Positions 45,761 to 56,856 of a stretch of 56,856 nucleotides of DNA are shown here, piece after piece. Source of the stretch: Basidiobolus meristosporus CBS 931.73 (Eukaryota > Fungi > Basidiobolomycota); the NCBI GenBank assembly GCA_002104905.1, contig MCFE01000572.1, forward strand, positions 1-56,856. The letters run 5' to 3'. Position numbers and translations under genes: made by a program. Numbering within the stretch: position 1 is the stretch's first letter; each line of letters starts with the position of its first letter. The notes beneath the pieces were generated by a model. That model had not been told where the DNA came from. It saw nothing but the letters and a program-made list of their open reading frames with translations, and searched no databases.

Positions 45761-47654
45761 CATCTAAAGAAGCTCATGTTGTACACCAAGTATTGTGAAG
45801 CTATAAGAGCCACACTCAGCATTAACCAAGCACAGATATATCCAATATATTTGATGGCAAACATTACAAACATGTAAGAAGCAAAGGCTACTTTAAATGT
45901 ATGTATGTCCATGCCTTTGCCTTTGTATATAATAGATTTTCATTAAGCAAGAAATTTACCAGCAAACCCTGCTGGCCACTGATTCTCATCAACCTAAACC
46001 TGCTACCTATCTAACAATATCCAAGCCACAATCTGATGGAAGTCTCAATGGTATATAGGCCTAAATCACCATCCAACCTGGATAGCTACCTGTATCCATT
46101 GCTGGATGAATATTGTATGCTTTCCAGCAGGATGATAGTAAGTGGCTGCTATATTAAAGCTCTTGATACTACTTGCATTGGAGATTCTCCAGCCATCAGC
46201 AAGGTGGCTGGCTTTTCTAGGCACAATGGTCAGTATTGCTGTCACATGTGCAGGATGCAGGGGATTTACTCCATGGCTAACACACACTTTTATTTCCCAA
46301 ACACCAATACTGAAAGCACCAACTATACGCAGAGATACTGTCTGGAAGTCAGCATGCAATTGCAGCAGAGTTGATAAGCCATTGACCAGAACTGGAGATA
46401 CTTACAATGGAGGATATCTGTTAGAGCAAAAGCCTTCCACTGGAGGTAATACATTTACTTTTCAACACTATCCGTATACTGATGACCAAGTTCAACATAG
46501 GGCATTTCAAGCTAAGTGAGCCTTTTGAGATAGATGAGAAATTTCAAAGAATTGGCCAGATATTACAGAGTGTCCAATACCACAATAACTTCTCACATGC
46601 TCCTATCATCATTAGTACAAATATGCAAAAATGCAAGTGCAAGGACTGGATGAACTGGATTTTTAATTATTACAGGGGCCTTCTGAGGCCATTTTGACTA
46701 AAAGTGCATTGAAAGCATTGGGAGTCATATGTGGACATTGTAAAAATATCTACACAAAAGTAGATTACCAATGCTAACTTGATATATATGCAGCTTTTGT
46801 GAAGAGTTTATCATGAGATTTGAGCAGCTAGAGTAAAAACATAAAGCTGCATGTGTAGATCAGTACTACTACTGCATCCATTTGTACTCCATCTTGCTTG
46901 GTGTATTGAGAGCACTGGACCTTGCTTCACCTTTCTGGAGTTTCCTATGGAGTAGATATGTGGGGCAATAGGGAGCCAAGTCAAGTTGCAGGAACTACCG
47001 TATCCTAATCTCATCAAGAATACTACCTTCAGGTCCATCATTGATGTGATGAAATGGCACATGGAGGACAGCCAGGAAGAGTTGGAAAATACTGAGGACA
47101 GACATGCACATGGTGACACCTATGCCTATGGCATTAAAAAGCTAAGCAGCCCCAATGTGTGGGTAAATGGTCAAGTAATGAAAAGCTGGGTTGGGTGCAA
47201 CAAGTAACAAGTTTCTATTAGGAAAACTCTACCAAGGTACACCAGATTTCATTTTGTCACAAGCCAATTTGTAAACCATTCAATACAGAACTCATACAAA
47301 CAAGAGCCTGAGCACATGTATAAGTGGAACTAGAATGCAGCAGAGAGAAGGAATATACTGGCTAGATAGCAAAAGGATCCTTGCAGATATTTAGGGGGTA
47401 CTCATGGCAGAAGTGGTGGCACCAAGAATATGCTTGCAAGATGTATATGTCACCAGCAATACAAGGTATAGGACAACTTTACAAGAATCCCACTAAAAAA
47501 ACCTAATGGTGAGGCAATAGAAGGATATCCACTACAGCAGGTATGCATGTTTATAGAGGTTAGTAAGCAGCAAGCCATATTATCTTCAATAGAACTATGT
47601 ATGGAATACCCAAGGAGGTAATAGGTAAGCAAACAAAAAGGGATGATTCCACAA

Positions 47655-47827
47655 AAAATTGATTTTCTCCAACACAATGTGTGAAACACAGGGGTGGCTT
47701 TAAATGAAGATGCAGAGCTATGTTTCATACCTTGTGGCCAAGTATAGGCTCACTTGGCCTCTCTGGCACACTATGGCAGCATTTGGCACTCATGGCTCAA
47801 TGTGGCAATGTCCAATGGAACAAGTCT
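47655..47827. mobile_element. Partial right arm of the fold-back MITE
   Basis: Matches ~15190-15360, ends GGAACAAGTCT followed by ATT. Confidence 0.8.
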
Positions 47828-48259
47828 ATTATTTGGCAGTAAAGTTAGATAATTGCCATTATGATTGTTTTGTAAGATTGTATTGAGGGTCAGTAATTCC
47901 AAGCTGCAGGTATTATAACAGTCTTCTGACAGGTTCCTAAATGCTGATCTAGATTGGATCCACCTGAGAGACCACATTATTTTTTATAGGGCATGCTGCT
48001 GTTATAATGCCTACAGATGCTTCCATCAAGACTGCTAAAATATCATTGGTGTTTCCTATATATGACATTTGCATGTACTGCTAGTTGGGTCCAATCAACC
48101 AAGTGTAGGCCAAAAGAAATCCATTGGAAAGCCATCAAAATCCTGCTGAAGAACCATCTAAACACTGGTAATTATACCTACCTGTATAGCAGAAGAATTG
48201 GCTAAATACCTGTTCTAATCTTGATATGGCATCAAAAATGTTGTTGATTTCCCAGGGCA

Positions 48260-50601
48260 GTAGACAATCTCCAAATCAAATTGCCAAATGTATTCATTAC
48301 ATCTAGTCTTTCTTCATGTAAGTACCTTCTGAGAAAATACATTCTTGAGGGAGGTGTGATCAGTCTTCACAGTGCATTTGACTCCTTCAATATGGCATCT
48401 CCATGTCTTCAAGCAGTGTATTGTAGCAAGCATCTCCTTCTCATGCACTGGATAGTTTTGTTCTGATGAGTTCAGCTTCTTGGATTTAAAGGCAACTGGG
48501 TAGTCCTTTCCCTTGTGTTCTTGGCTCAATACTCTACCGGTTACATAATCTGAAGCATCTGTGCACTGAGTAAGCTCTTTTCTGAAGTCAGGTGTTCCTG
48601 AGCTTAGCAGCTTAGCAAGTTCATTCTTGAGTGTCTGAAAGGCAGTCTCACAGGCTATGTTCTACTTGTGGGTACTATCTCTCCTGAGGATGATAGTTGA
48701 AGGGACTGCAATACTTTCAAAGGACTTGACAAATCTCTGATAATAGGAAACAACTTCAAGGAATGATCTGAGTTCTGATATGCTATGGGGCTGCTCCAAG
48801 TTCTTGATGACTTCAAGCTTCTTAGGGCCTAAGGTTGCTCCTATGCTAGTCACTATATGTCCCAGAAATTCAACATATTACTTGAGGAATTCAAACTTGG
48901 CTAGTTTGCCATATAGCTTATTCTCTCTTAGGTTATTCAAGACCTTTTAATGTGCACCAAGTGATCCTCTTTTGTTTTGCTGTATACCAATATGTGATCT
49001 AGGTAGATTATCACAAACATGTCAAAGTACTCCTGGAATACAGTCTGCCTCAGGGTCATGAATTTTGCCGGAGCATTGGTGGGGCCCAAACTCATGACTA
49101 AATACTCATAGTATACATATCTTGCCCTGAATCCCAACTTAGGGATGTCTTCTGGCTTCACCCTAATCTCATTGTACCATAACATGAGGTTAATCTTGCT
49201 GAATATAGTGGCTCCATTGAGTTGGTCCAAAAGCTCATCAATCTAAGGTATAGGGTTGTTATTCTTCATGGTAAATGAGTTGAGGGCTCTGTAGTCAATG
49301 CATACCCTGAGCATTCAATCCTTCTTTTTCATAAAGAGAACTGGTGCTCCCCAAGGTGACTTGCTGGGTCTAATATATCATTGCTCCAGTAACTGATTTA
49401 TATGTCTCTTCATCTCATCCAATTCCAATAGACTCATTCTGTACGGTGTCTCACTCACCAGAGTGCTATCTCCGGTGTCAATGGTATGATCCACATCTCT
49501 GACTGGTGGTGGGCTTACAAGTTCATCTGGAAATATGTCTGAATATTCCTTCAAAAGAGTCTGGACATTCTGGGGTACCAGAATATAGGAATCTTGCTGT
49601 AATACTACCATGAGGAATATCTGGGTGCCTTTTCTAATTTCTATAGAATTGTGTCTTGCTAAGCTCACTTGTTTCACATACATTGGAATTGACCAAGTTG
49701 AAATCTAGTCTGGAAGGTAATAGCTCATAGGCCTTGTTGTCCTTCTGGATCTGAGTAGCATGGATTCTCCAGTTGATTGATGAAATACAACAAAATAGCT
49801 AGGATTTTCCAAGTACAAGGTCATACTTGCAGTACCCAAATATATAGGCCTGTAGGTCTTCTTCAAAGTAATTGATCTTCATCCTTACTGGCTGGGCAAT
49901 ACAGCTGATTATGTGAGTGTTCCCTTCAGCTGTTGAGACTGAAGTAGATTTGGTATGTTCCAAGTTGATTCCAGACTTCAGGGCAAATTGCCCTAACATG
50001 TACTCATGAAATGCTCCTGAGTCACTCATGATCTTGGCAGGTACTCCATTGATTACTCCATTCAAGTATAATAGCTTTCCTGAGTTTGAGGTCTTCCAAG
50101 ATAGGTATTCTTGTGTTGTATAGAAGGTGAGTTCCAAGTTTTCTTCAAGTCCATCTTCCATATTATTGTGCTCAAGGGCTTCAATATGGTTGAAGGTTTT
50201 TGATGGCTGGTGTCCATTTCTTCTCTGACAGCAGTACTTTGCAATATGTCCCTGCTGATGGCAATAAACGCAAAGTCCTCTCTTGTACATTTTTCTGAGC
50301 TAGGATTCTTCTGCACAGCATCTATTTTCATTGGCACTGCGTCTGATTGTCTTCTTTCATAGTGAATGTAGCCTCTCTGACTAGTCCTTATGGGCTTCCC
50401 AACTCCAAGCACAGATGAGTCTTTGCCAATGGCAATCTTGATGGCTTCTTCAATAGTCTGATATGTTTGATATTACACTTTCTTGCAAGTTCTATCTTTC
50501 AATCCATTGATAAAGTATTCCACTTGAACCAGGGGGTTCATTCTATCAACTTGTCCAAGTAAACATCTATATTGATAGATGTACTCTTCACCTGTTCCTT
50601 T
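48260..50601 (-). pseudogene. gag-pol: Decayed second copy of gypsy family 1 (gag C-terminus to RNase H)
   Basis: Colinear with ~29750-31790; retains the RT N-terminal segment missing from the 28020-32650 copy; cut in gag at 50601. Confidence 0.9.
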
Positions 50602-50958
50602 CCCTATGAAAGATATTTGATCCCACAGGTGGATCCAATCCAGATCAGCCATCAGGATCCTGTTTAGAGACCATCTTGATAACAGCAGCTTGGAATTAGT
50701 GACCATCCAAATAATCTTATCACATGATCATGATGGTATTTTGCTAATTTTACAACCAAATAAAGGGATAAAATTTGACAATAATTTATTGGTGCTGTGA
50801 CAATACTTGCATGGTATTGTTGCAGTCTTTCAGCACTCTATAACTATTATAGGTGGATCCAGTCAGTCAGGACATCCAATTGCCTTATGTGGCAAAAAAC
50901 ATGACATTATTCTAACGGCCTCACCGCAAGACTCTGAGGGCATTGTATTGGCACCATG

Positions 50959-51326
50959 TGTTGAAGTATTGGACTATTTGGTATCATTCTGCAGCTAAAA
51001 ATTTACTTAACAATTCTGGACCAGTCTTGGTTACTGTGAGACTAATTTATAGCTCCAACTTTGCCACTTTCTTCAGATCTATGATCTTATGATTATTCCC
51101 TTATAGTCAGGATCAAATTGGCACTAATATTAACTATTATGTACTAACCCTGAAACTGCTACAGAGTGCACCTGAATATTGAGAAATCCTCCTTAATTAG
51201 TGTTACAGCTGTATTACTTCTACAAAGGTATAAAACTGAGCTTCTTTATTAATAAACAGAAGTTCAACTATTATCACTATTTGTTGATAAGTTCCTTATA
51301 TCCAAATCACTTCTTAAGTTGCAACA
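50959..51326 (+). repeat. Solo LTR of copia family 2, no TSD
   Basis: TGTTG...CAACA; reverse complement of 53630-53998; flanks ccatg and gcctt. Confidence 0.85.
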
Positions 51327-52759
51327 GCCTTGTTCATGAGGCAAACAGCTTGACCTTCACAATACATACCTATTATGTCACTTTTTGGTCACTACTCATG
51401 TGAGCTTAAGACAGTCTTGTATTTGACACATTGCACCTATATGAATGTAAGATTCAATAATGACCTGTCATAGTAAGCATTATGAATATAGAGGTGGCAC
51501 CACATACAAACATATATGTAACACTATTTCCCCTTTGATTTGACTCACTTCCATATATGTGCCGCCAAAAAATAAAGCAAAGCCATCCGGTTTCCAACCA
51601 AACCCCACCACTGACAGCAACAGAAGAACAGTTGGACAACAGCTTGCTTTGACATTTAGTGCAACCAGCAGGGCTACATCCAAAAAAGGCCCTGTGGACA
51701 GTGTGCCCATTGAAGGTAATAATGTGGACTCCTCCTGCTCTCAGTCAAGTAGGCAATTGAGCACCTCTGCAGAGCCACAAGCCAACCATTATGCTCATGC
51801 AGATGTGAATGTAGCAAATGCAGTACCCTCAGGTGAAGAAGCACTCAGAAAAAGCAGCAGTGAAACACCCAGCAGTGATAAAGGAAAAGGTAAAGGGAAA
51901 AGCATATACCCATGTCTGAGACAGGGAGGCATGCAAAAGGACTGCAGTTCTTGCCAATCAATGCCACAAGCGCAGAACAGGATGAATCCCATCAGAGCCA
52001 AGAAGAACTACCACTAAGAAAACAGTTGTTTTCACAATTGTTGAACACACAGCCAGTTAAGCTTCACTCCAGCAAGATAGATGAGTTTGCTGAACAAGGT
52101 AACTTGACTACCACAGCCTCCACATCCTCCATTGTTGAGAGAGTGGAGATCCCACTGACATTCCGGGCTACAACATCAAGAGCTCAAAAGGCCATAAAAA
52201 TGCCTTCAGTGGAATTTTGGAACAGTAATAGGCAAACCAAGATGTTGCAGCATTTCTCCAAGTGCAGTACTCAAGAAAATGCACTGGAATATTGCAAGGA
52301 TTTATTGCAAAGACTGGCAGATGAGGTGCTAGGCCATGCAGTGCTGGCTAATGACCAGGACGTCTTGGAACCGGTGATTGAACAGTAGCATAAAGCTTTT
52401 GGGTTCCTACCAAGGTTGTGGAACCATAGTGTTACTGCAGAAATACTTATTGAGCGGTGGATTTTAATGGAGCTACTTGTTGAGTGTGGGGCTGGGCTTA
52501 TTGTTAGTGTAGGGTTTAGGGATCTGTATAGGTTAATACAGTTGGCAGTTGAAATTCAACTGAAGTTTCAACAGAAATAAATCAATTTCTACGCCTGAAA
52601 AGTAAGTGAAATGGTTGACTCAAGAAGTAAGGAGTGTAAAAAGAGGCAATAGCCAATCAATGCACACAAATGTAAGAGGTGATAGAGTGTCTGGGACCAG
52701 AAAGTGAGCAAATTGGCAGAAACTAATCAAAAGCCACTAATACATTGCTGTGATGAAAT

Positions 52760-52970
52760 AGACTTGTTCCATCATTCCAGCTGATCATAGTGCCCAATAG
52801 TGCCATAGCATGCCAGATGGTGCCTGATCATGCCACAGAGTGCCAGATGGTGCCATACAGTGCCAATTTGGGATCAAAATTGACATGCATATGACCCTAA
52901 AATATCAAATTAATAACAAAATATACAGCACTTTCTGGCACTATGATCAATGGCACAATGGAACAAGTCT
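52760..52970. mobile_element. 211-bp MITE of the AGACTTGTTCC family
   Basis: AGACTTGTTCCAT...ATGGAACAAGTCT; TSD AAT; dense GTGCC(A) repeats. Confidence 0.92.
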
Positions 52971-53023
52971 AATATTTTGACTAATTTTTTGGTGAAATCT
53001 GAGGGGCATTTATTTCTCAACAG

Positions 53024-53619
53024 TGTGGTAGGGTAAGCATACCTCCCACAGACAAGTTTATTCATATAGTCATTATGATATACTTATCCATATTTTATCT
53101 TATCAGTATTATCCCATTCTTCTTTTGCCCATATTATCAGTATTATCCCCATATGATGTTTACCCTGATTAGTTATTAGCATTAGTTATCCCAGATGTTA
53201 TTCAGCTTTGTGATCAGTATATGTATCTACATAAGGCAAGTACCTGCGTCAGTACCTGTGGCACATGACCTAGGTCTGTGTTACCATCCCTACCATTTCA
53301 ATACCATATATGGTATTTCTATGTTGCACAGGTTTCAGACTACTGATTCCGGATTGGTTGGATGTGTTATGCCCTTTAGAACCTTCCAGGACATTCTTGA
53401 TATTTTTTTAGCTCATAGTGATGTCATCAAGAATTCCACTGGTGCCTAGAATCTTCTAGAACCTTGTCATTAGTAATCACTTGGCAATCAGGAAAAGTAT
53501 TTAAGGGAAAGCAATCCCTCATCAATAAATCATCCCTTCTAGCAGTAACACTTCTCTCTTATTGATTAGCAGTTGATCACTGCACCTGCCTTCAACAGTA
53601 CATCTCAGACCTGCCATCA
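53024..53619 (+). repeat. Putative solo LTR related to 12248-12853
   Basis: TG...CA; shared blocks (aagtat.taaggg, aataaatcatccct, ttattgattag). Confidence 0.45.
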
Positions 53620-53629
53620 AGGAGCTTTT

Positions 53630-56600
53630 TGTTGCAATTTAAGAAGTGATTTGGATGTAAGGAACTTATCAAGAAATAGTGATAATAGTTGAACTGTTGT
53701 TTATTCATAAAGAAGCTCAGTATTTATACCTTTGTAGAAGTAATACAGCTGCAACACTAAGTAGGGAGGGTTTCTCAATATTCAGGAGCATTCTGTAACA
53801 GTTTCAGGGTTAGTACATAATGTTTGGTAATAGTGCTAATTTGATCCTGACTATAGGGGAATAATCATAAGATCATATATCTGGAGAAAGTGGCAAATTT
53901 AAGGCAGTAAATGAGTCCTACAGTGACTAAGACTAGCCTAGAATTGTTAAGTAAATTTTTAGCTGCTGAATGATACCAAATAGTCCAATATTTCAACACT
54001 CCCCCTCAACTAAATAATTTCTTAATCCCAATTTCTCTCTAAGGATCTCAAACTGTGGCCTAGCTAGTGGTTTTGTCAATATGTCTGCCACCATTTTGTC
54101 AGTTGGGCAGTAAACCAGCTCTACTAAGTTATTTTCTACAGCTTCCCTCACAAAGTGATGCTGTATATCAATGTGCTTAGTTCTGGCATGATTAGTAGGA
54201 TTTCTAGCTAATGAAATACAACTCTGATTATCCTTGTAAATACATGTTGGTTCACCTGAATTAAAACCTAAGTCTTTGAATAATTTTTGTAGCCATATAG
54301 CCTCCTTAGTTGCTTGACATGCAGCCATATATTTGGCTTCAGTTGTAGATAGTGCCACAGTTGGTTGTTTCTTGCAATTCCAAGTAATAGCTGCACCAGC
54401 ATAAAGAAATACATAGCCTGTGGTAGAGCATCTGTCAATCAGATCTCTACCCCAATCTGAATCACTATAACCATCAAATTTTTGCCTATTAGCTGCTCCA
54501 GAGTATTCCAGTACCATATTTATGGTACCTTGTAGATATCTGAAAATCCGCTTAACTGCTGCAATCTGATCTGATCCATAATTCTGCATGAATTGACTGA
54601 CTATTCCAACTGCTACTGCAATATCTGGACGTGCAGACACCATCAAGTACATTAGGCTACCAACCATTGATTGATAGGGAAAGTTTTGGTCCATATTTGA
54701 GCCGTTTTCATCCATAACTGGCTGAGATTTGCTTAATTTCAGGTTATTGTCCATAGGGGTTGCTGCAGGCTTGCAATTTTCCACTTGAAGCGTCTAAGAA
54801 TGTCCCTGATGTACTTAGACTGATTCAGCACAATTTTCTGCGTAGGTATGTCAAATTTGACCTCAATTCCAAGAAAATAGCTCAATTTTCCAAGATCTTT
54901 CATCTCAAACTTGCTGAAGAGATCTGATTTTGTCTGTTTAAGTGCCTCTTGATCACTTGTAGCTATAATTAGGTTGTCCACATAAAGAACTAGGATGATC
55001 ACACCCTTTTTGAGCTGTTTCACATATATACTGTGATCTGCAGTGCTACGAGAGAACCTAATTTCCTCTAGATATGTGTCAATCTTGTTATACCATGCTC
55101 TGGGTGCCTGCTTAAGCCCATACAACAATTTTCTAAGTTTGCACACCTTATGGGGGCTTTTTGGATCGGTAAAACCTTCTGGTTGCTCCATATATATAGT
55201 TTCTTGCAAATCCCCATTTAGAAAGGCTGTTTTGACGTCCATTTGGTGTAGATCTAGACTGTGTACAGCTGCCAGGGCTAGAACTGTCCTAATAGAGTTA
55301 AACTTGGCAACCGGAGCAAATGTTTCCTTAAAGTCTAGTCCCTGGATCTGGGAATAGCCTTTAGCTACCAATCTAGCCTTGTACTTATCAACAGCACCAT
55401 TTGAGGTTATCTTGATCTTGTAGACCCATCTACATCCTATTGGCTTTCTCCCATTTGGTAAATCTACCAGTTCCCACGTTTTTGCCTCAATCAGTGATTG
55501 GTACTCCTCCTGCATGGCTTGTTGCCACTTAGTAGCATCTGGACCTTGCATTGCCTGTTCCAGATTCTGAGGTTTGGCACATAAGGCAAGATAAGCTTCT
55601 TCATGATCATTGGATGTCTGCCACCAGGATCCAGGGGCATCTCTTATTCTGGTAGATCTCCTAACTGGGATAATCTGTTCTGATCTGGAACTGGTAGAAG
55701 TATCTTCCATCTCTGGCTGGATTTGGTACGTATCTTCTTCATTTGTGTTGATTGCATCATCAGGCAGCTGGCCAATGATTTCTGTGGCTTTCTGATCTGA
55801 ATTCTCCTCAAATACAACGTCCCTGCTCTTGATCAGCTTCTGAATTTTGCCATCATACACTCTATACCCTTTAGTATCTTCACAATACCCAAGAAAGATC
55901 CCTTTTCTACTCTTTGGTTCCAACTTTGAGCGTTTTTTGTCAGGGATGTGATAAAAAACATCACTGCCAAAGATCCTGAGGTGCTGGAGATCTGGTTTTT
56001 TGCCTGTATATGCTTCAAAGGGTGTAGAATCATGTAGTGCTGTTGTTGGGCATCTGTTCTTGATGTATACAGCGGTAGCAACAGATTCAGCCCAAAACTT
56101 GTAGTCCATTCCCTTATCATGTAGCATAGATCTTGCCATCTCTACTATTGTTCTATTTGCATGTTCTGCTACTCCATTTTGCTGTGGAGTATGAGGAACT
56201 GTGGTCTGTTGAAGTATACCAGTAGACAAGCAGTATTTTGTAAACTCCTTTGAGCAGTATTCTCCTCCATTGTCACTTCGTAGTACCTTCAATTTACACC
56301 CAGTTTGTGTTTCTGCCATGTTCTTGAAGTGCTTAAACGTCTCTAAAGCTTCATCCTTTGTTTTGAGGAAGTACACCCATGTATATCTTGTCTTGTCATC
56401 AATAAACGTCATAAAGTATCTCTTGGCTCCAAAGGACAGTGTTCTCATGGGGCCACATATGTCTGAGTGTACAATAGCCAATATTTCGGTGGTATTAATG
56501 CCTTCTGAGCTCTTGAAACGTTGCCTAGCTTGTTTGCCATATGAACATCCCTTACAAACATTCAATTTGATCGGAATTGAGTATTTTAGGCCCAAAACAA

Positions 56601-56856
56601 GCTGATTTTTCACCAATTGGCTCATTTTCTGTTCCCCTATGTGTCCTAGCCTCCTATGCCACGTCTCCCAGTTGGTTTCATCAGTTTCAGCAATGTTGAC
56701 ATACTCAGGTACTATGATCTTGCATTGTAACTTGTATATATTGTGATCTCTGATTCCCGAAGCTAATTTTTGTCCATTTTCACTCAGTATTGAGCAGCTC
56801 AGCTTAGTAAAACGAATTTCAGTCCCTGAGTAGTTGCTTTACTGACTGAGAGTAGG
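53630..56856 (-). mobile_element. Ty1/copia family 2, 3' part (continues past the window edge); 3' LTR 53630-53998
   Basis: PPT gagggggag directly before TGTTG; pol ends ADILTKPL. Confidence 0.93.
53993..56856 (-). pseudogene. pol: Copia family-2 pol (GAG_pre-integrase, IN, RT, RNase H) with frameshifts near 54780 and 56810 and YVDD changed to YVDN
   Basis: WHRRLGH, HSDICGP, LRSDNGGEY, KARLVAKG, DVKTAFLNG, LYVDNLII, YSDSDW, RTKHIDI. Confidence 0.93.

Larger units (their letters stand above)
36823..47991 (+). mobile_element. CCCTA-family copy D (ORF-X part, intergenic, Tnp2 ~44600-47650, right terminus ...TTATAGGG)
   Basis: 36823-36844 plus 43617 onward match ~11220-12230; Tnp2 motifs (GDSPAISKVAGFSRHNGQYCCHMCRMQG); ends TAGGG at 47991. 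Confidence 0.8.
50602..53023 (-). mobile_element. CCCTA-family copy E, transposase-less derivative retaining ORF-X (plus strand 51559-52700)
   Basis: Starts CCCTATGAAAGATATTTGATCCC; 51330-53023 is the reverse complement of ~9700-12220 with an internal deletion. Confidence 0.75.

Noticed and set aside
52795-52870. CRISPR-like array from GTGCCA repeats
   Set aside because: Repeats are 5-6 bp with very short spacing inside a TIR element; no cas genes.

Overview
Eukaryotic, AT-rich, CpG-eroded transposon graveyard. There is no rRNA, tRNA or CRISPR array and no confidently identifiable host gene; the taxon cannot be fixed from sequence alone. About 95% of the window resolves into nested mobile elements. 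(1) Two Ty1/copia families: fragments, solo LTRs and one large 3' part at the right edge. (2) Two Ty3/gypsy families: a 4.6-kb internally deleted copy with 4-bp TSD plus relics, and a young 6.8-kb copy with 5-bp TSD carrying an unexplained third ORF after pol. (3) Five decayed copies of a CACTA/CMC-type DNA transposon with CCCTA termini, a Tnp2/Transposase_21-like gene and a divergently oriented accessory gene. (4) A PIF/Harbinger-ISL2EU-like (PHIS) DDE transposon with AGACTTGTTCC TIRs and 3-bp TSDs, inserted into an older copy of itself in opposite orientation. Its non-autonomous derivatives are ~650-730-bp fold-back hairpins and a 211-bp MITE, and all of them sit inside CCCTA-family copies. 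Best candidates for something undescribed: the gypsy ORF3, the PHIS element with its hairpin MITEs, and the divergent two-gene CCCTA element. All alignments and counts were done by eye; boundaries lacking a TSD or TIR are approximate.
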